Source: Mobula hypostoma
Lineage: Eukaryota
NCBI RefSeq assembly: GCF_963921235.1
Contig: NC_086097.1
Coordinates: forward strand, 91,886,001 to 91,950,000
Length of the DNA: 64,000 nt
Reading direction: 5' to 3'
Position 1 is the first letter of the stretch. Each line of letters starts with the position of its first letter. The notes beneath the pieces are model-generated. The model was given only the letters and a program-made list of their open reading frames with translations. It was not told where the DNA came from and ran no database searches. Made by a program: the position numbers and the translations under genes. Below are positions 25,703 to 39,545 of the stretch, in pieces.

Positions 25703-26080
25703 CTCTCAGTGGTCACTTTATTAGGCATCTCCTGTACCTAATAAAGTGGCCACTGGGTGTGTGCTCATGACCTTCTGCAGATGTAGCCTATTCACCTCAA
25801 TGTTCGATGTGTTGTGCATTCAGAGATGCTCTTCTGCACAGCACTATTCTAAACAGTGGTTGTTTAAGTCACTGTTGCCTTCCTGTCAGTTTGAATCATT
25901 CTGGCCATTCTCTTCTGACATTGGCAAGTCATTTTCACACACAGAACTGCTGCTCACTGTACGGTTTTCTGATTTTCTCTGTAAATTCTAGCGATTGTTG
26001 TCCATTAAAATCCCAGGAGATCATCAGTCCTGAGATGCTCAAACCACCATATCTGGCACCAACAATCATTTCACAGTCAC
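25703..26080. mobile_element. Related Tc1-type MITE fragment starting with a short hairpin
   Basis: ctcagtggtcactttattagg...cctaataaagtggccactgggtg palindrome, then reverse-complement similarity to 10.8-11.0 kb. Confidence 0.6.
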
Positions 26081-27846
26081 AAGAGCCATGGGAATTATCA
26101 AAGCTATCACCTAGGTTACCATGGAGAGAAGCCATCTCTTGCCTTGAATATTTTGTTTCGTGTTGGCAGGTTCATTTCTGCCAATTCTTTATGGTATAAA
26201 ATTGTGCTCAAAAACCCATTACCTACAAAAACCCATCAGACCTCGAGTGCAGATAAGCAGAGCTTTGTATTCACTATGCAATTTATTGCAAAGGAGTAAA
26301 CAGTTAGACATTCAATTTACTGGAGTTTACTGACAGTGTGACAATATTCATCGCAACACAAAGACACACTGACAATGTTTTTGCAATGAGTACATGTTGA
26401 TAGATTCTAGAACGACTGAAAACCACACTAGATAATGTTTAGTTTACATTTTTTATTGAAAGTTAGATGGATCGCTCATCATGGCTGAAAGACTGTCACT
26501 GCACACTGTATACCACAAAGATTTTTCAACTCAATACCCATTCTTTGATAAACGTATTCAGTTTATTGAAAGGTTGGTTGGTAGGAAAGGAATGAATAAT
26601 ATTTCCATGTGTTAACTTGTGAAATTCAGCTAGTGATGATAACCAGAGGCAATGACAGGCAATTATCACAGTCTCTTCTTCAGTTTTCCACCACAAATCC
26701 TTTTGCTTTTTGAGACCATTCTGTTGGTTTCAGTTTAAAGCGGATAGAGTTCCTGATTCACTCATCATCTGAGTCTTGCCCCACTTTGATGAAGTATTGT
26801 TAAAGCAGCTCCTACAATGCACTTGTTGAATTAATACACCCAAGTTAGCATGGAATTTGGCAGTGCTGGAAACATACAAACAAATTGCAAGTCTGTGAGG
26901 ATGCAGTTCAAGTTTGTTATGAATGCTGCCCTCCAGTCATTGGTGGGAATACTTATATCTCTTCTCTGAAACATTTGAAAAATTTGTTTGCTCGGGTATG
27001 TTGATCAAATGTCAACAAATGATATGCATAGTCTGTTGGAAGAACATTATACCAGCAGAGAAATCCAGTATACCCGTGACAAAGATGGGGACTCTCTCAC
27101 AGGTTTGAACTATCTCTTACTTTGATGTGTGTGTTCCATGTTCTTGTACAATACACAAAATATGTTTTGATGTACTGTATATTTCCATTTCTTTGCAAAT
27201 AATGCCAAAACCCCTGAATTAATTAGCTGTGACTTTAAGACTGAAAATATAAGTGCACAATATTAGGAGTAGGAGTAGGCCAATCAGCTTCACCAATCAA
27301 TAAAAAGATGACTAATCTTAGCCTCAACACCTCCTGCTCTCTCCCCATTCCCTTTAGCTCCCTTGTGAGTTAAATATCACAACTTTCACTGCAGAGCTCC
27401 ACCATCCTATTCACAGCTAATACCTCTGTGAATCATACAATAATTCCAAGCTACTGTATGTGTCAGAAACTACACTACTTCAGCTTGCTATTTGGCATTT
27501 TGCACCAGGCCCACACACAACTGGAATATTACCTCTTCATGACTTATTTAAAGGTTAATTAACTCAGGATTGAGAGAGGTATTTAAAATTCTGAAAGATT
27601 GGGATAGATTGCGTCCAAGTAAATCCATTTGCACAATTCAATCACAAAAGAACCAGATTTACAAATTAAAGTCAAGAAAAAGAAAATAGAAACAGATCAA
27701 ATTGCATTAAAAAAATAGTATCTGGAACAGAATATTAGCATAGCTGATGTAAATGAAGTGATTCAAGAGGTTATGGCTAGAGTAAATTCCTGCCTGAACA
27801 AGGACCTGCACCCACTGCAATTTGCCTATTGCCAGAAGTCTACAGC

Positions 27847-30143
27847 TTCAAAAGGGCAACAATTATACCAGTACCCAAGAAGAGCAGGGTAAACTGCCTT
27901 AATGACTATCATCTAGTCGCACACACATCTATGGTGCTGAAATGCTTTGAGAGGTCAGTCATGGCTAGAATCAACTCCTGCCTCAGCAAGAAACCTGGAC
28001 CCACCGCAATTTGCCTTTTACCACAATAGGTCTACTGCAGATGCAAACCCAATGGCTCTTTATGTGGCTTTAGATCAGCTGGACAATACAAACACCTATG
28101 TCAGGATACTGTTCATTGACTATAGCTCAGCGTTTAATATCGTCATTCCCATAGTCCTGATCAATAAGCTACAGAACCTGGGCCTCTGTAACTCACTCTG
28201 CAAGTGGATCCTTGACATCTTAACCGGAAGACCACAATCTGTACATATTGGTAATAACATCTTCTCTTTGCTGATGATCAACACTGGAGCACCTCAGGGA
28301 TGTGTGCTTAGCCCACTGCTGTACTCTGTCTCTATGCGTGACTGTATGGCTAGGCAGAGCTCAAATGCCATCTGTAAATATGCTGGTGATACAACCATTG
28401 TTGGTGGAATCTCAGATAGTGATGAGGAGGCGTTTAAGGAGTTGAGATATACCAGCTAGTTGAGTGGTATTGCAGTAACAACATTGCACTCGATATCAGT
28501 AAGACCAAAGAGCGCTGATTGTGGACTTCAGAAAGGGTAGGTTGAGGGAATCAATCCTCAGAGGGATCAAAAGTGGAGAAAGTGAGCAATTTCAAGTTCC
28601 TGGGTGTCAATATCTCTGAGGGTCTAACCTGGACCCAACATATCAATGCAACTATAAAGAAGGCAAGACAGTGGCTATATTTCATTAAGAGTTTGAGGAG
28701 ATCTAGATTGCCACCTAAAGCACTTGAAACTTGTACAAATGTACCATGGAGCGCATTCTAACAGGCTGTATCAATGTCCAGTATAGGGGAGGGGCTACTG
28801 CACAGGAGTGAAACAAGCTACAGAAAGTTGTATAATCAGTCAGCTCCATCACAGGTACTAGCCTCTGTAGTATCCACGACATCTTCAAGGAGCGGTATTT
28901 TAGAAAGATGGCGTTCATTATTAAGGACATGCCCTCTTCTCATTGTTACTGTGACGAAAGAGGGTTACAAAAGTACACATAGACTAAAATGTTAACTGTC
29001 CTGTGCTGGCACTAGTGGGATCAGCAGTTGATCTGCCACCTGTCTTCAGGAGAGAGATAAGTAAGACAATGGAGCAGCATTTGGAAATGATAATGAAGAG
29101 ACGGGAGAGCTTAACGGAAGGATACAGCGGTCTGGGAATTGTCAAGACCGGCTCCTCTTTGAACCCTGAACTGTTTGAAGTAATGGACAGGCAATACCCC
29201 AACAGGGGGATAAAAAGGGACAGGTTCGCTAAGGCACACACACACGACACCACGAGGTAACGAGACCCTGGAAGCGGTGCGCCTCCCACAAGTCGGTGGG
29301 AGTTTTGGAGGGCTGATCGCGGGACCAAGCCATAGACGCACAGGGTGGAAAGGTACGATTGGCGGGAACCTGGTGTGTGTCCACCCTTGCCTGGGTGCCG
29401 GGTTCACCGCAGAAGAACGATCGTATCTGAAACGGAGGGGTCACAGTCGGTGACCTCAGAAGACATTACAAAGGGCTCGCCCGAAAGCTGACTGCGAGGA
29501 ATTTTGAAGATCTGTGTGGAAGCCGTTTTGAATATTCATTTTCGCTCTCTCTCTCCTTCTTCCCCCCAGTCCACCGGCGGCAGAGATTACTGTGAACTGA
29601 ACTGAACGCAATTGAACTGAACTTTGCATCACTTTGAAACTGGTCATTTACCCCTAGACGGCGATAGAGCTTGATTGATCCCATTATCCTAGTTCTGTGG
29701 ACATGTGTGTTTATCATTGCTGAACTGTTGCATTTATTATTCTTTCGATCAGAGTACTGTGTTGCTTATTTCTTTAATAAAACTTTCTTAGTTCCAGTAA
29801 TCCAGACTCCAACTGAGTGATCCATTTCTGCTGATTTGGCAACCCTGTTACGGGGTACATAACATTACCATCAGGTAGGAGGTACAGAAGCCTAAAGGTG
29901 CACACTCAGCGATTCAGGAACAGCTCCTTCTCCTCTGTCATAGGATTCCTAAATGGACATGGGACCCTTGAACACTACCTCACTTTATTATTTCTGGTCT
30001 TGCACTATTTTTGATTTAACTATTTAATATACAGATGTATGCTATAATTTTTTTCTAGATTTATCATGTATTGCATTGGACTGCTGCCGCTAAGTTAATA
30101 AATCTCACAACATATACTAGTGCAATTAAACTTGATTCTGATT
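27847..30143 (+). mobile_element. Rex1/Babar-like LINE, 5'-truncated, containing a solo LTR
   Basis: [35 protein letters not shown]; tail tgattctgatt; candidate TSD CAGC. Confidence 0.85.
28950..29864 (+). mobile_element. Solo LTR (915 bp)
   Basis: TGTGAC...TAACA flanked by the 4-bp TSD TTAC (28946-28949 and 29865-29868); GATAAAA TATA-like motif near 29208; AATAAA at 29776; the host LINE is contiguous once it is excised. Confidence 0.9.
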
Positions 30144-31257
30144 CAGCAGATGCAATGCCATTGTCTCTCCACTCTGCTCTGAAGCACTAGGACAACAGCA
30201 AAACATGGCTGCTGTTCGTTGGATACAGCACTGTGTCACTTACTCATGATTAATTAGCAAGTTTCTAAGCCTGGGCATCTATACCACCCTCCGCAACTGG
30301 ATCCTCAATTTTGTAGTCAGATGACTGCAGTCAGTGAGGATTGGTGATAACATCTCCTCCTCACTCAACACAGGCACAGCTCATAGATGCATGCTTAGCC
30401 CACAGTTCTACTCTCTCTACACTCCTGACTTCGTGGCTAAGCACAGTTCAAATGCCATTTATAAATATGCAAATAACAGCACATTTATTGGTAAAATTCC
30501 GGGTGGCAAGATGGTGGACAGTAGTGAAATAGATCATCTAGTTGAGTGGGGTCTCAACAACAATCTCTCACTCAGCATCAGCAAAACTAAAGAATTCATT
30601 GTGGACAGTTGGTAGAACATGCACCAGTTCTCATTGTGGAGTTTGCAGAGCAGAACGTGAGCAACTTTAAGTTCCCAATTGTCAACGTCTGTCCTGGACC
30701 CAGGACATTGATGCAGTCACAAAGGCTCTATTTCATGAGGGGTTTCTGGAGGTTTGGAATGTCACCAAAGACTCAGGTGAATTTCTATAGATTTACAGTA
30801 GAGTGCATTCTGACTGGTTCCATCACAGCACAGAATCACAAGAGGCTGCACAGGGCAGCAGGCTCAGCCACCCCATCATGGGCACAACCCTCTGTACCAT
30901 CGAGGACATCTTCAACAGCAGTGCCTCAGCAAGCTGGCATCCTTCATTAGGGACCCTCACCATACAGGACATGGTCTCATCATGCCTAAAACCCCCACTC
31001 AATGATTCAGTAACAGCTTCTTCCCTTCTGCTATCAGAGTTCAGAATTGCTCGTGAATTCATGAACACTCCTCATTATTCCTATTTTTCCATTATTTATT
31101 TATTCTACACTATTTATTTTTTAAATTTATAATTATTTGCACTGTACTGTTGCTGCAAAACAACAAACTGCACAACATATATGAGAGACCATGAAAATAA
31201 ACCTGATTCTGAAGGTATAACTTGTGTATGTGGGCTATGTGGACTGAAATCCTGCTT

Positions 31258-31855
31258 TTAAGACCATAAGACAAAGGAGCAGAAGTTGGCCATTCGGCCC
31301 ATCGAGTCTGCTCCGCCATTCTAACATGAGCTGATCCATTCTCCCATTTAGTCCCACTCCCCCGCCTTCTCACCATAACCTTTGATGCCCTGGCTACTCA
31401 GATACCTATCAATCTCTGCCTTAAATACACACAATGACTTGGCCTCCACTGCCGACCGTGGCAACAAATTCCATAGATTCACCACCCTCTGGCTAAAAAA
31501 GTTTCTTCGCATCTCTGTTCTGAATGGGTGCCCTTCAATCCTGAAGTCATGCCCTCTCGTACTAGACTCCCCCATCATGGGAAACAACTTTGCCAAATCC
31601 ACTGTCCATTCCTTGCAACATTTGAAATTTTTCTATGAGGTCCCCCCTCATTCTTCTAAACTCCAAGGAGTACAGTCCGAGAGTGGTCAAACGTTCCTCA
31701 TATGTTAACCCTCTCATTCCTGGAATCATTCTAGTGAATCTTCTCTGTACCCTCTCCAACATCAGCACATCCATTCTTAAATAAGGAGCCCAAAACTGCA
31801 CACAGTACTCCAAGTGAGGTCTCACCAGTGCCTTATAGAGCCTCAACATCACAGA
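31258..31855 (-). mobile_element. CR1 3' fragment
   Basis: LYKALVRPHLEYCVQFWAP...RRNFFSQRVVNLWN; tail taagaccataagac. Confidence 0.9.
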
Positions 31856-33722
31856 AACTAACATTACTTATCAGAAACTAACATTATTTTCAGCCTCTTT
31901 TGGGCTTGCTCAAACTGATTTGTTCATTTTGGAGGCTCGTGTCTGGCTTTTGTTTGCTTGCTGTTTTTATTCAGTTGGCTGTTGTAGCTGATGTAAAAAG
32001 TCTGTAAAGCGAGCTACATCCAGAGTGTCTATACTATGATGATTGGGTTGGCAATGAGGCTGCGGGTAAGATTACCCAAGCAAATTGATTGATAAAGGAG
32101 GCATGTGGCATTGCTTTCAGGTATTCTCATTAGGAAAGTACGTAGACTCCACACCTGCAGCTTTCTCAGTAGCATTGTGAGTGAACACACTGCTACTGCC
32201 AAGAAGATAGTCACTAAGCCATCTTTTACGGCAGCAATTATGGGCCAACTTACTTACTGTTCATTACACCACTGTCATTTAGGGCAGCAATGATGATCCT
32301 CCATCTCTGGCAGAGTTCAGGGCTTCCTCCACATGTCAGTAGCTTTACCTTGGCTTTCACTACTGCCAGTCATGCAAGCCCTGGGTAGAAACTTAGGAAT
32401 ACCATCGCACTTAGATGTAGATGGATTCTTCATTGCTGTTTCCATAACAATTTCATTTTTTCCATTCAGGGTTGTTAGCACTGAGCTGAATCCCTGAACC
32501 TGGAGGTCCAATGGACCACTCTTAGTCTGTCCTCGAACCTTGACCTGTTTGGCAAGAGTGACCCTACCAAGACCCAAAGCATAAAGCTATGACTTCAGCC
32601 AGCGTAGCCCTCTGGGTCATCGAGGCATGCAAGCCTCCAAACCATGACGAGGTTGTGATCCTCTTGGAGGTAAGATGGGCCAAGCACCAGATCAATTTTT
32701 CCCTTGAGATTGACGGTGAAAGTGTCAGTTGCACTGAATTTTTGTGGCAGTGTTTATTCCAGATTGTAGTGGTATTAAATAGAGATTTTTGTTCATCTAG
32801 AGATCCATGGATTCTGCAAAAGATAGCTAATTCAAATAATAATTTAAATCACATTGAAACCAAAGAAGATTTCAGTGACCTGAGGAGCTTTAACTGACAG
32901 CTATCAAGTAGCGTCGCAAGTATTACAATTAAGTGTTTCCCATGTTGGGGCACTATCCAGGAGATTGACATCCCACTTCAACGTGATGAACAGCAGCATG
33001 CCTGAGGCCCACACCAGGTGAATAATAGTGCTCCTGAGGTCCAAGTCAAGTAGGAAAAGGTGTGCCCTTGGACTCTAGTTTGTATAGTGGAAGCCTACCT
33101 CCAGATATGTAATCACACTTTGTGAATCCAGCCAGGAGAGTGTCCTAGGAGCAATTGGAGATCAAGTCCAGAAAGATGCTCCAATTCTACAATTCCACAG
33201 TGTTCCCTGTTCTATTCACAGTGATTACTATTCCACGTAACTCCTTATTGTACAGCCTTAATTGTCTCACATGTAAAAGGTGACAATTCTAAGATGAACT
33301 GTGTGGAAATCTGTCTGTGAATGCAGGTTTTCAATGGAATTGTAGAAAAAAAATGAAGATTATTTAAAGCAAAATTTATTCTGTCTACATGTATCAACGC
33401 AGAGATAGATCTCACTATATTATTATAGAGAAGGCTTCTTCAAATACAGAAATTATCATGTTTGTACGGTTTTCTACAAAGCACCTTGATGAAATCATAA
33501 GATAATTATGACATCAGAGCACAAACACTTTCATACAGATTGTGATACAATGATCTTGATAAACCAGTACCTGTTTTGCATGACTACTAATTTAGTTAAG
33601 TTCAGACTTGGCGACTGCGTTCTACAGCTGATTATTTGTTTTATTGCAGAGAAACATATATAATGCTCTATTTCAACTTCTGATAAGAGCATAATTCCTT
33701 ATTACCGTATCACTGACTGAGA

Positions 33723-34533
33723 ATGACCTCCAAAAATGCATATTATTCTGGAAAGTCTCTATGTGGCCTCAACAGCAAAACAAAGGATGAAATGAGACCA
33801 GATGAAGATATAGACACTGATGAAGGAGACTACAAATGTAGACAAGAGCAGCAATCTTGTATTAACACATCCACTCAAAGTTCTACTAACAATGAAGATG
33901 GCATACTTATGGATGACCAAAGAGAGAACAGTTTGAACATCAACTCTGAAAGATTTACTGGCTACCCTAAATCACAGAATATCATATACTCCCGAAAAAA
34001 CGTTCTCTCTGAACCCACTGATAAGAGGATGTCTGCAATTCTATCTCACAATGACACATACAATATTATCCAATTCATAGGTGAGGGAGTATATGGGGAG
34101 GTGTCTTGCTGCCGTAAGCGAAGTACTGGTCAGTTTGTTGCTGTAAAGACCCTAAAATATGATAGTTGCATTGCCTCAGAAGTGAGAGTGTTAAAACTGT
34201 TTCAAAACATGGATACAAACAAGTTTCATATTGTACAGTTTCTCGAATGCTTCCACAGCAGTGGAAAGTCCTACCTAGTATTTGAGCTACTAGAGCAGAA
34301 TTTGCTGGAATTCCAAAAAGCTAACAATTTTACTCCTCTCCCTGCCAAGCATGTTAGGATCATTGGCATTCAGTTGCTGAGAGCTTTGGTGATACTGAAG
34401 GAGTTATCTATCATTCACACAGACATCAAACTAGATAATATTATGTTAGTAGCCCACAACAGATTTCCTTTCAGGGTCAAAGTGATTGACTTTGGTTCAG
34501 CCAGTATACTCCCTGAGGTTCAACATATTAATG
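33723..34533 (+). CDS. hipk4: HIPK4-like protein kinase, first coding exon (N-terminal extension plus kinase subdomains I-VII)
   Basis: ORF contains GEGVYG, VAVK, YLVFELLEQNLLEFQKANNFTPLPAKH, HTDIKLDNIML and FPFRVKVIDFGSASI, closely matching HIPK4 as I recall it. There is an in-frame TGA just upstream of ATG 33723, an acceptor ttattgcag at 33649, and a donor G|GTATGT at 34534 (phase 1). Orthologue versus paralogue is unresolved. Confidence 0.85.
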
Positions 34534-36897
34534 GTATGTATTTGACAATCCCTTTACTAATCATTTTGATATCAAATGTTAGGAAATTGTTTAACATCTT
34601 TAAGGAAAGAATTCTACCACTCACAGCATATTTTTGTCATGTTATTCAGTACTTGGTACATTTAAAAATTAATTCAAATGATACAGACTTCACAGGCTGA
34701 ACCAGGCTTAATTTTTTTTAAGTGTGTACTTAATTGCCCTTGAGAAGGTGGTGTAAGCTGCCTTCTGAAGTTGCTGCAGTGCTTGAAGTGTGATTTTACC
34801 CACAATGCTGTTAGGGAGAGTGTTCTGGGATTTTGACCCAACAGTGGTAAAGGAAAAGCACTATATTTCCACGTCACAATGGTGTGGGGCTCAGAGGACA
34901 ATTTTTATCAGGTGGTGTTCCTTTGCTTTTGCAGCCATTGTCCTTCCATTTGGTAGATGTCAGGGGTTTGGAAGGCGTAGGCTAAGGAACCTTGGTGAGT
35001 TTTTGCATTGTGTCCTGTAGATGGTACGAACAATTGCTATGGGGCATCAGTGGTGCAATGAATGAATGGTTGTGGGTTGGGCAGCTACATAGGCTGTTAC
35101 ATCCCGTTTCGCGTTGAGCTTCTTGATTCCTGTTGAAATTACCCTCATTCAAGCAAGTATTCCATTCTGACATGAACGTTGTAGATGGTGAACAGCCATT
35201 GGGGTGTTGCAAAATTTCTAACATTTACTAAAACGCAGTAATTCCTCTGTAACCATTGCCCATGTTTCAGCTTAGAAGGGAAGTCGATGGACCAATCTCA
35301 GCTGCATGCTTGTATTTTCAGGGGCGAGCAATGTATTGCTACATAACAATCATTTATGAAGGTTGTTGCTAACTATTGTAGCGCCAGTCCTATGCTGATT
35401 CAACCAAGCATCAACAGGACATCAAATCCATGACCAACTCATCTAAATAACATAATACTTTCCACTGCTCGTCTTTCGACAGACAATTTTCAAGGAAGTG
35501 TTGGCAGGTATTTTTGAAATAAGCCCAATATACTGTATATGGTAACTAAATGGGAGTCACTCAACTGACTCAGCAAAAATGGTATACACGTGTAAAAAAA
35601 TGCTAACATTACTTAATTCTATATCTAAGCAATCTAATTGTTGTATTCCAATCATTTCTACCTGGTTGGATGAATATCATATTTTCGGGTAGCCCAGCAA
35701 TAATAACTATCCCAGTATTTCTGCTGTTTCTAATTAGCTGTGACTCAACTGTTTCTAATTCATTATTCAAATATTTTTTGATTCATACATACGAATGCTT
35801 TCCACTGTAATAGTGATGTTATTGTTTCTAAATAGTTCAACTTTCATTGCTTCCTGGTGGCTCATTTATTCCTTTGTTTCCTATAGGGCCAGTTGTTGTT
35901 TACTAATGGATCAGTAATTTCTACTTCAGTGATGCTAGTATTGCCAATCAGCTTAGATTCTTTTGTTTCTCATTGGCTCAGTTATTTCATTATATCTAAA
36001 TAATAAATTAGTACTAAGCTCAAAATAAATCCCTTAAATTCAATGTGTCCTAATTATCTACTTAGAGTTTTCATGTAAATTGTTAGCCAGGGAGCAATAA
36101 AATGTCAAATTATACTCATTACATACTACCATTTTGGTTAAATACCATCAAATGTACACTCGATCTCTATTTCCTCTGAAAAAATTCTGACCTATGAAAA
36201 CCTTGATAAAATATAAATCCATACATGTTGGATGTATTTGTGCCAAAACTTCAAAGGTTTTCTGTAATTGATGCGAAAAGGGCTAAGATCCAATCATGCA
36301 AGACCCCTGTTTTTATTAAAACTCTTTGAGCTACCTGTTGGCTTTCTAGTCTCTGCTTATTCCAGACATGACAATCCTTGCTCAAAAGTTCCTGTACCAC
36401 AGGATCATCATCAGGAGTTGACATATAGACTGAACGTATGTAGGAGGCAGGCTACAAGTCAATGGAGAAGTAAGTCGCACTTTTATCCTCCAACCTGCTC
36501 ACATATTTCCAATTTTTTTTTTCCCAAGCACTGTGCTTTCCAAACCTAATTTCTATGCCATTTGTCATTCCAGTGGGTGAACCTGCTGCCATTTTACTAA
36601 TGTAATTTAAGGATGATTTAGGATGTTACCGCATATTTAAGGTACACTGCTCAAACAGTGTCCAAGCACAAGTTTTGGGCAGAGGTGTGGGGAAGTGGGC
36701 ATTGTTGTAACATGAACAAAGTCACCAGAGAGATACAGCTGGTGGGTATAAAAGTAGTCTTTTATTCAATACATACAAATAAGCCGACAACCCTTTGGAG
36801 TCACTCAAGAAAGAGAGAAACTCCCCGATCCAACATTTTTATATGTTAAAGAACAAAGGTAACAGGACAACTTCTATAGTTCCAATACTCTCAGAAT

Positions 36898-39545
36898 GAC
36901 AATAGACAATAGGTGCAGTAGACCATTCAGCCCTTTGAGCCTGCACCACCATTCTGAGATCATGGCTGATCATCTACTATCAATACCCGGTTCCTGTTTG
37001 TCCCCATAACCCTTGATTCCCCTATCCATAAGATACCTATTTAACTCCTTCTTGAAAGCGTCCAGAGAATTGGCCTCCACTGCCTTCTGAGGCAGCGCGT
37101 TCCACACCTCCACAACTCTCTGGGAGAAGAAGTTCCTCCTCAACTCTGTCCTAAATGACCTACCCCTTATTCTTAAACCATGCCCTCTGGTACTGGACTC
37201 TCCCAGCATCTGGAACATATTTCCTGCCTCTATCTTGTCCAATCCCTTAATAATCTTATATGTCTCAATCAGATTCCCCCTCAATCTCCTTAATTCCAGT
37301 GTGTACAAGCCCAGTCTCTCTAACCTCTCTGCATAAGACAGTCCGGACATCCCAGGAATTAACCTAGTGAACCTGCGCTGCACCTCCTCCACAGCCAGGA
37401 TGTCCTTCCTTAACCCTGGAGACCAAAACTGCACACAATACTCCGGGTGTGGTCTCACCAGGGCCCTGTACAAATGCAAAAGGATTTCCTTGCTCTTGTA
37501 CTCAATTCCCTTTGTAATAAAGATCAACATTCCATTAGCCTTCTTCACTGCCTGCTGCACTTGCTCATTCACCTTCAGAGACTGATGAACAAGTACTCCT
37601 AGATCTTTGTATTTCTCCCTTACCTAACTCCACACCGTTCAGATAATCTGCCTTCCTATTCTTGCTCCCAAATTGAATAACCTCACACTTATTCACATTA
37701 AACACCATCTGCCAAGTTTCTGCCCACTCACCCAGCCTATCCAAGTCACCTTGAATTCTCCTAACATCCTTATCACATGCCACATTGCCACCCAGCTTAG
37801 TATCATCAGCAAACTTGCTGATGTTATTCACAATGCCTTCCTCTAAATCATTGACGTAAATCTTAAACAGCTGAGGTCCCAATGCCGAGCCCTGTGGCAG
37901 CCCACTAGTCACCACCTGCCATTCCGAGAAACACCCATACACTGCTACCCTTTGCTTTCTATCTGCCAACCAGTTTTCTATCCATGTCAATATCCTCCCC
38001 TCAATGCCATGAGCTCTGATTTTCCTCACCAATCTCCTATGTGGTACCTTATCAAATGCCTTCTGAAAGTCAAGGTACACCACATCCATTGGATCTCCCG
38101 CGTCTACCTTCCTGGTTACATCCTCGAAAAACTCCAATAGATTAGTCAAGCATGATTTGCCCTTGGTAAATCCATGCTGGCTCGGCCCAATCCTATCTCT
38201 GCTATCAAGATATGCCGCTATTTCATCTTTAATAATGGACTCTAGCATCTTCCCCACTACTGATGTTAGGATAACAGTGTGATAGTTCTGTTTTCTCCCT
38301 CCCTCCTTTCTTAAAAAAATGGGATAACATTAGCCATTCACCAATCCTCAGGGACTGATCCTGAATCTAAGGAACATTGGAAAATGATCACCAATGCATC
38401 CGCAATTTCCAGAGCCACCTCCTTTAGTACCCTAGGATGCAGACTATCTGGACCTGGGGATTTGTTAGCCTTCAGTCCCATCAGTCTACTCATCGCCATT
38501 TCCTTCCTAATGTCAATCTGTTTCAGTTCCTGTTACCCTATGTCCTTGGCCCATCCATACATCTGGGAGATTGCTTGTGTCTTCCCTAGTGAAGACAGGT
38601 CCAAAGTACTTATTAAATTCATCTGCCATTTCTCTGTTTCCCATAACAATTTCTCCCAATTCATTCTTCAAGGGCCCAACATTGTTCTTAACTATCTTCC
38701 TTCTCTTCACATACCTAAAAAAACTTTTGCTATCCTTCTTTATATTCCTAGCTAGCTTGCGTTCATACCTCATTTTTTCTCCTCGTATTGCCTTTTTAGT
38801 TAAGTTCTGTTGCTCCTTAAAAATTTCCCAATCATCCGTCTTCCCACTCACCTTAGGTCTGTTATACTTCTTTTTTAATGCTATGCTATCTCTGACTTCC
38901 TTTGTCAATCATTGTGGCCACTTTCCTCCCTTTGAATCCTTCCTTCTCCGGGGGATGAACTGATTTTGCACCTTGTGCATTATTCCCAAGAGTACCTGCC
39001 ATTGCTGTTCCACTGTCTTTTCCGCTAGGATATCCGACCAGTCAGCTTTGGCCAGCTCCTCCCTCGTGGCTCCATAGTCTCCTTTGTTCAACTGCAATAC
39101 TGACACTTCTGATCTGCCCTTATCCCTCTCAACTTGCAGATAGAAACTTATATTATGGTCTCTACCTCCTAATGGCTCCTTTACTTCAAGATCACTTATC
39201 AAATCCTGTTCATTGCACAACACTAAATCCAGAATAGCCTTATCCCTGGTCGGCTCTCGTACAAGCTGCTCCAAAAATGCATCCTGTAGGCACTCTACAA
39301 ACTCCTTATCTTGGGGTCCAGTACTAACCTGATTTTCCCAGTTCACCTGCATGTTGAAATCCCCCATAACTACTGTGACATTTCCTTTGCCACATGCCAT
39401 TTTTAGCTCCCTATTCAACTAGCACCCAATATCCATGGTACTGTTTGGGGACCTGTAGATAACACCTATTAGGGTCTTTTTGCCCTTACTGTTCCTCAGT
39501 TCCATCCACACTGGCTCTACTTCTCCTGATTCTATGTCCCCCTTC
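36898..39545 (-). mobile_element. 5'-truncated CR1 LINE (different subfamily) in the first coding intron
   Basis: Minus-strand ORFs with GDFN, QHGFTKGKSCLTNLLEFF, DFQKAFD, KFADD and EYCVQFWSP; tail gacaatagacaatag. Confidence 0.92.

Larger units (their letters stand above)
27765..31210 (+). mobile_element. Older Rex1/Babar-like LINE fragment (27765-27846 plus 30144-31210) interrupted by a younger copy
   Basis: The RT sequence breaks after ...gtctacagc and resumes at cagcagatgcaatg; downstream degraded NTGTA..CMLSP..YKYAN motifs. Confidence 0.75.

Noticed and set aside
28984..29717. Cluster of short ORFs on both strands
   Set aside because: They lie inside the GC-richer solo LTR and show no protein motifs.
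34534..34700. Continuation of ORF 33723-34700 past the kinase motif
   Set aside because: Kinase similarity stops at a good donor site; the remainder is intron read-through.
36624..36864. TGTTACC...GGTAACA inverted pair with GGA flanks
   Set aside because: Only a 3-bp flank match and it conflicts with the alternative LTR boundary; it may be chance.
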